Source: a virus. Taken from it: a DNA stretch of 64,000 nt. Below are positions 52,275 through 63,523 of this stretch, in pieces. Numbering within the stretch: position 1 is the stretch's first letter; every line of letters begins with the position of its first letter. Below the pieces are notes generated by a model, which was not told the DNA's origin, did no database searches, and saw only the letters and a program-made list of their open reading frames with translations. Where the stretch lies: IMG/VR virus record IMGVR_UViG_3300024265_000031; one strand, given 5' to 3'. The position numbers and the translations under genes were made by a program.

Positions 52275-55200
52275 GTCAATTTTGATTTCCATTTATAGGG
52301 AAATACTTTGGTTAGATAGTTCTTGTTATCTTTGAGATACCATTGATTCATAATAAAAATGGCTTCAAATGTTCCATCACTATGTTTCCAGCCACACAAG
52401 TATTTGCCTATTTTTTCAGGATAGACATCGCTTGCCCATTTCCATCCTTCCTCAATTGTTTCTGCCATATTTTTATTCTCTTGTTATCCAGATAAAAGCA
52501 TGATTTTATTTGAGACAATCAATTTTATTGTAACATATTTTGATAAGTCTCGTTGCTTCACCCCATGTCAGTTTTCCAATAACTCTTATGGATGTGCTAT
52601 TTTCCAAATGTACAATAATTTTATATCCTACATTATAATTGAGTCCCCTATAATCATTGTCAACTATTATGCTTAGAATATCTTTCTTTTTCAAAATTGA
52701 ATTTCCTATTCTGATATAGACGGAGTCTTTGCAGTCTACAATATCTTCATCCCACTCTCGATTATGGATTATCTCTCCCTTGTCTTTCAAACATTGTTTC
52801 AAATCACTTATTTCTATTTTTAGTTGATGATTCTGCAATTGCATTCTTTCTTCTTCTTTACGATTCATTTATTATTTCCTTGTATTCAACTCTTGTTCTA
52901 TCTGTGCTCCATATAATATATAGAAACGCGTCCATCCATTACAAATGGGTTTAGCTTGACTGTTATATACCCAACGATTAGGAGGGCTTTTCTTATAATA
53001 GCCATGCTTTTTACCGTACTCTTTAGCCAGCACAACTGCTTTGTGTTGTGATATTCCTATAGCCTTCAAGTATTCATATACAAATATTGCATCTATTTGT
53101 TTTGGCATTTTGTTTATTCTTCAATCTCTATATCTTTATTATGCAAACCATGACTTTTTAAAATTTCATGAACAACACGAAAAGATAGTGATTGTATCAT
53201 CCCAATTCTTACCTTTATTTTTCCCTCTCCAGCATAATATTTCTCATAAAAACCTATTTGAAAACCTGGATCAAACCCAGTTACTTTTATTGCGGACATT
53301 AAAGATTCTAATTTTTTAATATAGTCTTCATAGAAATCAATTCGTTCCATTTTTTCCATGTTTGGCATTTTTAATCTTATTGTTTCCATAATGTCTCCAG
53401 ATAAAACTGTTATTTTATTCAAACTACAAAATTTAAAAATTTAGAATGAGCCTTTTTTGGTATTGCAATCCAATCATTGAAATATTTCGTGTATTCTTCA
53501 ATGGTATCATGCATTCCATTGTCCATGCCAGGATCATTTATAAAATAAACAATGCAAGTTGTTGGGCTAGTTTTGAGTGCTATTTCATCTTCTGTTATTT
53601 CAAATTTTCCTGAAATTACACCGTCTCCATCAGTGATAATATATCCATCATCAATAAGATTATTGAATGTTTCTGCAATTCTAACGGCATTATTCCATCT
53701 TGCTTCATATATGTTCATTTTAGTTTCCATATTTCAATATATTTCTTGACATCTTCAGCTATTTTCCATGTCTCAATGTTTTCAAAGATATTTGGCCAGT
53801 CTTTCTTTTCCCAATCAAAAGGTTTGGGCATCATATAATTTTTATATTCAAAATATTGACTATCTATCATTCCATTTATTTTATGTTTTATATAGACAAT
53901 TAAATATTTATCAAAATCATTTTTGAAAATTATTGCAATTAGATTGTCTTTCATTTCATGATATAGCGATCTATTTATAGTTATTCCGCTTATATATTTT
54001 TCTAATGTATTCATAATGAAATACCCATTTTATTTAAGATTTCTAGTGGGGATGTCTACAACTAAAATGCTATGATCATACCATCCTTCTTTTCTTGGAT
54101 AAGTTGTTTCTGCCTTTTGATGTGTTTTAGAAAATGCAATATGTTCATTTTCAAACTCACCATATGTTACTACATGAACTACATCTACATCATACTCTCC
54201 CCACTCTTTACTTCTTTTTACAATATATGATATTGCGAATAACATAATTTTCTCCTTTTATCCAACATGATCTAGCATATAGCCAGTCCATTCATAATTC
54301 AATATGCATCGTTGGCCAAATACAAGCAGAGGAATATTGACAATTCCACAAAAAACATTCAATAAACACTCTACGAAATACATCCATAGCGGAATGGTTT
54401 TCGCCACTCCTGAAAACACCTTTAGGTCTGTTATTTTCATATTATTTGTTTTCCTTTTCTAAAGTCTTTTCTGCTTCATCAATATCAAACTCGTCAATAT
54501 ATTTTACCACATCCCAAAAATTATATCTTGGGTCAGGGGTAAGACTATAGGATCCAATTCTTTCAGTCCAAATATGTCCAAGTTTAGAGAAAAATCTTAT
54601 AAATATTTTATGATCGCACCATATTGTTATGGTGCTATCGAGATCAATTACGCTTTTGTCCTCATAATTATAAATCTTGTATTCTAATTTACTTATCATT
54701 TTTGGTGGTTTATTCATTGTGCCTCCTTCAATGAAATGTACGTTTTATCTATCCCATAATGCTTTTAATATCATCAGGACTCAAGCCAGCCATTAACAAT
54801 GTTGCCAAATTTTCATTACGCTCTCGTTCTTGATTGCCAGCCATTATTAGTAATCCCGCGACTACATCATCTTTTTTGGCATGGTTAGACTGTTTCATTT
54901 CCCTTGCCATAGCACCCATTAATATGACCATAGCATTAGGATTGTTTGGGTCATCCCACCTACATCCAGCTTCACGTTCTGCTCTTTCAATTAAATTAGT
55001 TGCATTATTCATTGTATTTCTCCTTATTCAATTGGATCTAAATCTCTTTGTACCATTTCCCATTGTGAATTAGCAACTAAAGCATTGGGTAGATCAAGCT
55101 GGTGTTCAAATCCAGGCGTGCATTTAATCAACATCCATTCTCTATCTTCTTCGCTCATTTCGTTCCATTTCTTTTTGCTGATCTCAACTATTACTGTTGC

Positions 55201-57846
55201 TTTTGCTAAAATAATTGTGTCCATTGATTCTCCTTGTATCTTATTATAAGTATATCAGATTACATATGTTATGTCAAGATAAAATGACGATTTTATTGAA
55301 TCTCATCAACCCTTTTTATTGTCTTGCAATTTTTTGCAATCATAAAACTTTTAATATAAACGCTGCCATTATCTGGTTGAGAAGAATTAGACCTAAGTGA
55401 ATTGTTATCAATACCTAGAGGAATTGCATTGCCAGAATATATTGCATTTATACCATCTTGAAGATATTTTCCACTTATTGCTTCGCATTCACAATGTCTG
55501 GTTTTCATTCTTAGACCAAAAATATCTTTGCACCTTCTACAATATAATAATTTCATTTTACAACTCTAATTCCCTTTGAGAGTGTTCTTATCATTTTTCC
55601 AAACCACCATAGTTGCATAAATCCCAATTTTCTGTTGAATGGCAATAAGAACAAATTTGTAATGCCACAAAAAATGTCAATTAAATTACCAATGGCTTGC
55701 ATCCATTTTGGAACTTCATTCAATCTTGTTATTTTAAGAGGGTAGGGGATCATATTATTCTCCAAATAAAATAGTTGTTTTATCTGTGCCAATCAGATCA
55801 GTTACACTTATTGTATCTGTTGGTATTTTGTTTTCAACATATTTCAGCATTTCTTCTGTTATTTCAAATTCCAACACTGGTACTTCATAAATTTCAATTA
55901 TACTACCAGGATATTGTTTATTTAATATCTTCAATACCATTCTGATATCTCGCACTGAACCTTTTCTTAAATGTTCTTTTGCTGTTGATGGTGTTAAAAA
56001 CATATGGTGTTCAAAAATAAGCGGATTACTAAATCCTTCTAAGCCTTTACGTCTAATAATTGTTACTGTCCTAGTTGCATTATGTTTTTCTCTATAGTTC
56101 ATAGTATTATGTATATATTCTTATATACTTCTCCTTTACGTATATCGAAATATGGGAAAATTATACACATGGAATTTCTGGCAATATGGCAGATATCCAT
56201 AAACCACTATTTTTGCTTTTGTTATGTGGATAGAAAAAATGTCCTTCTCTTACAAATGATATCTCATTATTCCCTTGCCACCCACGTACTAAACACAGAG
56301 ATGGCTTTTCTCCAGCGTATTCTTGTCCATACCACCAATAAATTCCTGGTTTAGTAGGTATTTTTTTTGACCATGTATTCATATTTCTCCTAGATAAAAC
56401 AATTTTTTACCTAATATTTTCTAATTCTAACAGCCTGTTATTTATCCAACGTCTTCTTTTTGGCGAACAAGCATACCTTTCTGACTCTAAAGATTTTTTT
56501 TCTCCCTTTAATGATTCATGTAACAAAAAATTGAATGCCAACGGATAATTTTTTAGAAATTTTTGCCAAGCATTATAAGACACGTATTTTATTTGCATTT
56601 ATATATCCTTCCAGATAAAATCAATCTTTTATTTAACATACATTAAATCTATAGCTACAGATAAATCAAAAGTTTCTTCAAACCAACGCCAAATATCTTC
56701 TCTGGGTGTTCCTGGCTCAAACTCCAAAACCCACTCTTCGATTTTTTCATCATCGTTAATTGGAATATCGCCCAATAATTGCCAAAGTTCTTTTGCTTCC
56801 TCTAATTTATTCATGTTGTTCTCCTAAGATAAAATGGATCTTTTATTTGGGATACATTTCCATTGCGTGAATTTGAATACATGAAGTGCCTTTTTTTACA
56901 TGTTCCATAACACCATCAATTTGACCCCTTTCATACAAATATTCTTCTGCAACTGCATGATTAATTTGTTTGATTTGACATCCAGTTCTTGAACAATCAA
57001 TTATAAATACTGGCAAACCTTCTCCATGTTTTTTAATAAGGTGATTGACAACGCTTTTTAATTCACCTAAAGTCATTGTTATGTCTTCAACTTTCATGTT
57101 GTTCTCCTTCAAATGAAATAAACCTTTTATTCAGTATATCCAAAATCTTGAACATATCCAAAAAACATATCACGCGGATCTCCTGCTCGTTCAATTTTTG
57201 AAATAAGAAATCTTGCTGTTTTTCCACTTTCCATTTTTGCTCTTAACTCATCACCAATGCTAGGGATGGGTGTCATATGTCCTGTTATGCGTCTTGAGTT
57301 CCAATCAGAAAAATATATTGAGTTTCCCCAACCGCTATGGTTACTCATATTTATAATTGTTCCAGTTAGTGGTGGTCGTCTAACTTTCTTTTTGAAAATT
57401 TTATTAAGTAATTTCATTTTTATCTCCTTCAGATAAAATAGACCTTTTATTTCCAGCGATATTCTACTGACTGGCAACTAATCCATAGCGGAATAATTCC
57501 CAATAGAAAATATCCGTGCCATTTGCGTTCTACAAAATTGCCAAACGACTTTATTTTTGTCTTTCTTTCTGTTATCCATATATTTTTTATAATCATAGTA
57601 TTTTTCTCAATAAAACAGACATTTCATTTAAAAATTCTTTAAATTTTTATATGTTTCTTTTACATATCCATAACTACTCATAACATTTTCCATAGCCACA
57701 TAATGCAAAGTGCTTATGGGAATGTCTTGGTCAGTATCTAATGCTCCACAATATAAAAGTTTCTTAACTTCATTGGCAAATTTTTCTGTTATTTGTGCTA
57801 AAAATCTTTCCATGTGTATTGAGTCTAGGTATTCTTTTCTGTTCAT
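52271..57846 (-). other. Array of small hypothetical ORFs separated by the palindrome
   Basis: About 19 ORFs of 60-120 aa. Confidence 0.75.
55249..55277 (-). promoter_or_regulatory. sigma70-type promoter
   Basis: TTGACA-17-TATACT, adjacent to the palindrome at 55279. Confidence 0.7.
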
Positions 57847-57870
57847 ATGTATTTTCCTTGTTTGATTTTA

Positions 57871-57895
57871 TGTGGAGGGATTTGCACCCTCCACA
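57871..57895 (-). other. GC-rich hairpin (terminator or processing signal)
   Basis: TGTGGAGGG-TGCAAAT-CCCTCCACA downstream of the 57906 gene. Confidence 0.55.
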
Positions 57896-57905
57896 CAAAC
57901 TAAAA

Positions 57906-58295
57906 TTATCCTAGCCTGTCAAGCATTTCTTCCAATTCCTCCATTGTCTTACCTTCCAACGCAGCATCTTGCTTTGATGCCATGATTGCCATAATTTTTT
58001 GCTTTTGTTCTCGTCTTTCTTTTGCTAGAAGGCGTGTTGCTGTTTCCTCCTGTTTTACTGTTACAACATGCTTGACAACCTCAATTCTGAGTGCCAATTC
58101 CCTATCTTCTTTTGTCTGCTTATCAAGCAAGCTTTCCTCATTGGCGCGTCTCAGTTGGGAATTAAGAGACTTGAAAATTCCATCCAAATTTTCAACGGAC
58201 AAATCCCACAAATCTTCCGTTGAGATTGATCCCAAGTAAGGAAATCGTGCTTTTGATCGTGTTGCTACTTCAAATATATTCTGTTTTTTTGCCAT
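57906..58295 (-). CDS. Conserved phage hypothetical protein (coiled-coil)
   Basis: NIFEVATR..RFP...EDLWDL; adjacent to the 680-aa gene. Confidence 0.7.
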   Translation of the reverse strand: MAKKQNIFEVATRSKARFPYLGSISTEDLWDLSVENLDGIFKSLNSQLRRANEESLLDKQTKEDRELALRIEVVKHVVTVKQEETATRLLAKERREQKQKIMAIMASKQDAALEGKTMEELEEMLDRLG

Positions 58296-58310
58296 TTTTT
58301 GTATTCTCCT

Positions 58311-60353
58311 TTAGAATCGTACTTTGATTACTCTTTCTGATTGACCCTTTACTTTGACTACTAGTTCATTTCTTCTGGTTGACGAAAATCCAACACCAGA
58401 TAACTGATCGTTAACATCTTTTACTGCCATTCTTCCGCCTAATGCTTCAAATACTCTCTTATGTCTTAATAAATCCTCCTTTAAGAATTCATTGTAGAAC
58501 CCGTTTGGATTTTCTGTATTGACACAATCTTTTAACATGAACAGGTAGTGCCTGTTGCCAATTCCACTCTGCTCATCCCAATAGTTAGGTGAGAACATTA
58601 CTACAGATACAGGAATAAACTGATTTGTTTTCAATCCCCATGCTTCTCTGGAAGATACATTTGAAGGTAGTTTTTCCTTGATTGTAAAACCTTCCTCATT
58701 TAATGTAACTTCTGCTACTTGAACCCTTTCATTTTGTCTTAGTTCTTCACCATAGTCAAATGAGAATATTTGTCCGTCATATTCTATTTCTGCTCTAAAA
58801 CCCTCTCTTCCGCCGCGATTAGCAAACTGAAGAACAAAAAATTTATAAACACCTGATTCCATTTGATCTTTGTTGATCCAAGTGATGTTTTCAACCGCAA
58901 CAGTATTTGGTTTTGGACGTTGTATGTCAACATCAAGTCTTCCGCTTGTTGATAAATTTCTTAGATTTCTAAAGAAAATTTCATTTCCTCCAGGTTCAAT
59001 ACAGTGTGCATCTAAATCATTTTTATCATGATCTCCTGCGTCATTCCATTGAATTGAAAACCTGAGAATACCTTCAACATTGCCACCAGCAGATTTTACT
59101 CTTTTTTTCATAGAACTGTCTGTTATGTTGCCAGAATAAGCCCAACTGAATGCATTATTCCATTTAAACATTGTTGGAGAATCGCCATTTTCTGGAGCGA
59201 TCAAAGATACAAGATTTGGCGAATGCTTATTCTCAAAGAAAACTTCAATTTCTTGTGCCGTAGGAAGTACACCAGAAACAAAATCCTCTATAGAAACTTC
59301 CTCAATTTTTGAAAACTTTTTTGGGTTGATGGAGACATCTACAATCATTTCTTCAAAAACATCTTCGCCACTGATTCTTCTAGATGCATCTCTATTTGAA
59401 AACAGTATATTGTTAACGGTAATGTTATCAAGCTTTGCATAACGCCTGTTTAAAGACTTTAAATATCCAAGTTCTTCAACTGTCTTTTTGGCTTCTTCTA
59501 ACATCTTCTTGGTGAAAATAGCCTTTGGCCGTTTGTAGTTTGATGGTGCTACAATAACTTCATACTTCTTTACCGCAACATCTAAATCCATATCTTCACT
59601 AACATTGATAAGCAGAGTACCAATACTATGATTTCTAATCCTTCCAATTGCCATGCCAGCTTTAACAGACTGTTCCCAAGCATAGTTTTCTTCTTGTTCT
59701 TGGGTTTGCAACTTGTCATAGGATTTTTTCAATTTTAAGAATTGTGTTAATACGCCTTTCCACTCTTCTCCCTTGTATAAAGAGTTTTGAGCAATCAGTT
59801 CCAGGATGGTTTCAATGCTATCTCTTGTAATCTCGTCCAACGACCTCTTGAACACATTCTTTGTGGCTTCGTATGATCCTCTAATATCCCCCAATGTTCG
59901 TCCTGTATTATTGACAAATTTGTCTGGTAAATCCAAAAAGAAATGATGCCATTCAATAATCTTTCCATCATCATCCTCAAAGTTCTTGTCTGTTCCCATC
60001 TTTTTTACTTTGCTGAGATGGATGCCAGCAATAATTTTAGATTTTATATATGTGTTCAATGCATCAATAACAGGCTGATATCTTGAGTTGTTGGTATCAA
60101 AATCCCAAATTGTCTTTACTTGGTTGTTATGAATGGCAACTACACCACCCATAGTCTTAATGAAGTGTCTACAACAAGAGCAATCATGATCTCTCCTCTC
60201 TCTGTAGACTTCATTTGTACCTGGAGCAAAGCTATCTAGATAAAGATTCCACATCTCATCTTTATCTAACTCAACTTCAAATAGATGGGTTGAATTTTTT
60301 GTTGTTTGTTCGAAATTCTTTTGAAATAAATTTTTGAATTCTTTAAATTCCAT
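58311..60353 (-). CDS. Large conserved phage protein, N-terminal CxCC motif and C-terminal YfaP/DUF2135-like motifs
   Basis: HDCSCCRHFIK; DLDAHCIEP, LDVD, VENI. Confidence 0.6.
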   Translation of the reverse strand: MEFKEFKNLFQKNFEQTTKNSTHLFEVELDKDEMWNLYLDSFAPGTNEVYRERRDHDCSCCRHFIKTMGGVVAIHNNQVKTIWDFDTNNSRYQPVIDALNTYIKSKIIAGIHLSKVKKMGTDKNFEDDDGKIIEWHHFFLDLPDKFVNNTGRTLGDIRGSYEATKNVFKRSLDEITRDSIETILELIAQNSLYKGEEWKGVLTQFLKLKKSYDKLQTQEQEENYAWEQSVKAGMAIGRIRNHSIGTLLINVSEDMDLDVAVKKYEVIVAPSNYKRPKAIFTKKMLEEAKKTVEELGYLKSLNRRYAKLDNITVNNILFSNRDASRRISGEDVFEEMIVDVSINPKKFSKIEEVSIEDFVSGVLPTAQEIEVFFENKHSPNLVSLIAPENGDSPTMFKWNNAFSWAYSGNITDSSMKKRVKSAGGNVEGILRFSIQWNDAGDHDKNDLDAHCIEPGGNEIFFRNLRNLSTSGRLDVDIQRPKPNTVAVENITWINKDQMESGVYKFFVLQFANRGGREGFRAEIEYDGQIFSFDYGEELRQNERVQVAEVTLNEEGFTIKEKLPSNVSSREAWGLKTNQFIPVSVVMFSPNYWDEQSGIGNRHYLFMLKDCVNTENPNGFYNEFLKEDLLRHKRVFEALGGRMAVKDVNDQLSGVGFSSTRRNELVVKVKGQSERVIKVRF

Positions 60354-60373
60354 TTGTTTCTCCTTGTTTTATA

Positions 60374-60402
60374 ATTGTATCAGATTTGATTTGTTATGTC
60401 AA
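60374..60402 (-). promoter_or_regulatory. sigma70-type promoter
   Basis: TTGACA-17-TACAAT. Confidence 0.7.
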
Positions 60403-61415
60403 GTTTTATTTATAATCATCATATATTTTTTGTAAGTGTGGATGTAGCTTCTTTTTGTATCCCAACCAATACCATTGCAAATTGCGATAAAGCTTTATAA
60501 TCCACCACCTATTGATTTTCTCATCAAAGTGTGTATAAAACCAATCCCATGAAAAAATTGCTTCAGAACTGTCTTCCCAATTGAATACTTTTCTTGTAGC
60601 TTCCCAATCTATAGTATAAAACCCTCCATCCTCATCCCAATAGGCTACGTTTTCAGGTAAACAATTTTTACATACATAAGTATCACGCAATGGTCTTTCA
60701 TATTCATCGTTGGGATCTAAGCAATGTTCTGCCGTATTTGTAAATCTTCTTTTTTCGCCTAGCGTAAGTACCTGCTTACATTTTGGACAACGATTTTTAA
60801 GTTTTGTGTGTAAGTTGTTAATTCTCATTGCATATTCCTTTCAGATAAAATTAGTCTTTTATTTGTCAAATTTATCATTTAATTTTTCCATTACCATCTG
60901 CAAAATCTCTTCTTTTTTCAATACCATCCTAGTATTCATTCTTACATTTTGTCCTAAAATATGTCGAGCAGTACTAATAATGTCAGGTATTTTCTTTTTG
61001 TTCTCACATTCTTTTAGTTTCTGCAAGATTAAATATATGCCATCCATCAAATGTTCATGTCGTTCTACCATATTATTCTTTTTATGTTCAGAAATTATTA
61101 GCTTACCTGTTGTTATTTTAAGTTTCTTTTTTAGCACTTCATTTTCTTTTTGTAGGGTTTTTGTTTTCAACCACATAATATTTTCCTTTCAAGATAAAAT
61201 TGTCGTTTTATTTTAGTCTTTCGTTTGTGCTGGAATTTCTTCTGCCTTGATTACATGAAAATCTTGGCAGTCTTCCTTTCCATCTAGTTCTCCCGCTAAA
61301 ACTTTATCAATTGCGCTAGATATATCAATTGCTTCAACTTCATAATAGAATTCCACCACTTGTTCTGCTATTATTTTGAATTTCATTTTATTCTCCTTGT
61401 ATATTTTGTTATTCA

Positions 61416-61488
61416 AGCCCGTAGTAGGATTTGAACCTACATTCTCCTATTTCGAAGATAGTTGCTGATCCAGTTTAGCTATACGGGC
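61416..61488 (-). tRNA. tRNA-Arg(TCG)
   Basis: CTAT-CT-TCG-AA-ATAG. Confidence 0.85.
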
Positions 61489-61490
61489 AA

Positions 61491-61565
61491 AGTCCGTGAC
61501 AGGATTCGAACCTGCATAACTTTCTCCTTAGAAGGGAGATGTTCATCCTCTTGAACTACACGGAC
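61491..61565 (-). tRNA. tRNA-Arg(TCT)
   Basis: TCTCC-CT-TCT-AA-GGAGA. Confidence 0.88.
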
Positions 61566-61571
61566 GTTAGA

Positions 61572-61646
61572 TGCGCCTGGGAGGATTTGAACCTCGCGAC
61601 TCTTGGCTTAAAAGGCCACTACTCTACCAGACTGAGTTACAGGCGC
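61572..61646 (-). tRNA. tRNA-Lys(TTT)
   Basis: TGGC-CT-TTT-AA-GCCA. Confidence 0.88.
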
Positions 61647-62397
61647 AAATGAAATGGTCATTTTATTGGTAACATTCTCGTTTATCAAGACTTGTGCTTT
61701 CAAGAGAAATTCTTCTGGGATCTTCTTTGTTGATATCATCCCAAATTAAAAGCTGTAGTTCACCATCAAACACTTCAAGAGTGACAAGAATGTTTTGGTT
61801 TGTAAAAGTACCATACCCATCAGCAGAAATATCTATGCCGTCACCATTGCTTCCAATTACCATTTTTATTCTTACTTCTTTGGGTGTTATCTCATCTTTC
61901 AAAATTTCTTCAGTCCATTTTGCCATGTTATTCTCCTAATGCATCCAAGCATTGTTCAAGCGCTTTTGGATCACTTTGTTCTAAGTACTCTCTAATATGT
62001 GGTGTGAGTATGATTACTTTCAATGCCTTTACCATGTTGTTGCGCCTTATTGGATGTTCAATTGCCGTTACTTCTTCCATCGTATAAGGATTTTTATTAC
62101 CAGAAATCCAATTGCGTTCTATATAATTTTTTGCACATTGCTGGTTTACCAATGTTGCTACTGGTTGGCCTAATTTTTTTACTATAACCATTTTATTTTC
62201 CTTTTTAGTTATGTTATCCTTTCAAAATCTTCTGTTATTATTATGTTTGATTCTTGTGACCTGGGATCAAACCACATTGGTTGCATATCGCGCTCTTCAA
62301 TTTCTTCAGCAATAGAATCTCTAGTTCCCTCCCAATCTATTCTATATAAGTCTATCAAGTTATTTTCTATACTCCAATTCATTTTATCTCCATTGTT

Positions 62398-62426
62398 ATT
62401 GTAGCATACCTCAAGGCGAATGTCAA
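62398..62426 (-). promoter_or_regulatory. sigma70-type promoter
   Basis: TTGACA-17-TACAAT. Confidence 0.7.
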
Positions 62427-63523
62427 GTAAAAATGGTGTTGTGATAAAATCTAGCTTTCATCTATGGATTTTGCATTTTGAAAATCTTGAAACATACAGT
62501 GATTGAATTTTTGATTCAACATTTTTTCAATGTTCTCATCTGTTATGATTGTTTCAAGTTTATATAATACTAATCTTGTTTGAGGCAAACATTTTTTTAT
62601 TTCTTTAAATGTTTGTTTTGCTTTATCTTCATCAAAATAATAATGTGTGTTTAGAGTTCCCGTTATCCAATATATTGTTTTTTTCATTATTATCCTTCGC
62701 TATGCCCACCCATACTAATAGCCATAAGATTAGAAATTGTTCCATCCCTATCTAATCCATCTGTATAATCCACATATCCACATCTTTTATCTGTGGGTGT
62801 CATCAATGCCCATTCGCATTCACTGAACAATTCTTTATACATTGCTTCAACTTCTGATTCTGTGGGATCAACTTTACCTGGATAGTCAGAGTCAAAATAC
62901 TCACCACAATTCTGACAAAACATATCGCAACCGTCTTCATTTTCTCCTTTTTCATCCTCATATAAATCGAAAAGGTGTTGTGCATCAGCATCAATATCAT
63001 CATGATACCAATGTGCTTCACAATTAGGACAAAGCGTATATGGTTCTTTGTTATTTTGATATTCTGATTGCATTTTTATTCTCATGTTATCCTCCAAACC
63101 TAGTTGGGTGTGTCTGAATGGGTTTGCCCAATTTCCAATTGAGCAAATCAATTTGGTCACCATTAGAAATATATTCTTGTTCTACTCGTGTTAATGTATC
63201 AAAAGGGTCTTCATCGTTTGTGCCACAAAATGAATCACCCATTATCTCTTCAATTTCTTGTTGTCTAGCCAAAAGTTGTTCAAGCTTTTCTTTATCTGAC
63301 ATAAAATGCTCCTTTTATCTGGAATATTGAGTATTGGAAGTTGCAACAACTAAATGAATATAGTCACACGTATCGCATGTTTGGTTTCCATTTGTTGGGT
63401 TGTAATTTTCCAATTGTAATTCTAAACATTTTGGACACGCCCACGCATATTCATCCTCGCCGTTATATTTTCCTACTTGAATTAATTCTGCTGTTTTCAT
63501 TTTATTCTCCTAGTCTACATTCA

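Larger units (their letters stand above)
2222..63318. repeat. Dispersed intergenic palindrome ATAAAA-N6(5)-TTTTAT, about 65 copies
   Basis: Manual scan. Exact copies start at 2222, 4967, 7761, 8045, 8258, 8561, 10530, 11826, 12014, 12413, 12945, 13680, 16665, 17655, 17859, 18484, 18694, 19983, 20230, 20435, 20660, 21040, 36876, 38123, 38553, 38852, 40243, 41686, 42118, 42391, 43028, 43331, 43610, 43805, 44111, 45759, 48536, 49285, 50049, 50709, 52219, 52492, 53401, 55279, 55766, 56615, 56829, 57433, 60845, 61194, 63301. About 15 near-matches (ATGAAA or TTTCAT etc.), e.g. 9021, 44853, 54731, 57113, 61649. Confidence 0.95.

Noticed and set aside
2222-63318. Palindrome as CRISPR repeat or rho-independent terminator
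   Set aside because: Units between copies are whole genes of variable length, not 30-40 nt spacers. The stem is all A/T with no GC core, and an RBS follows immediately
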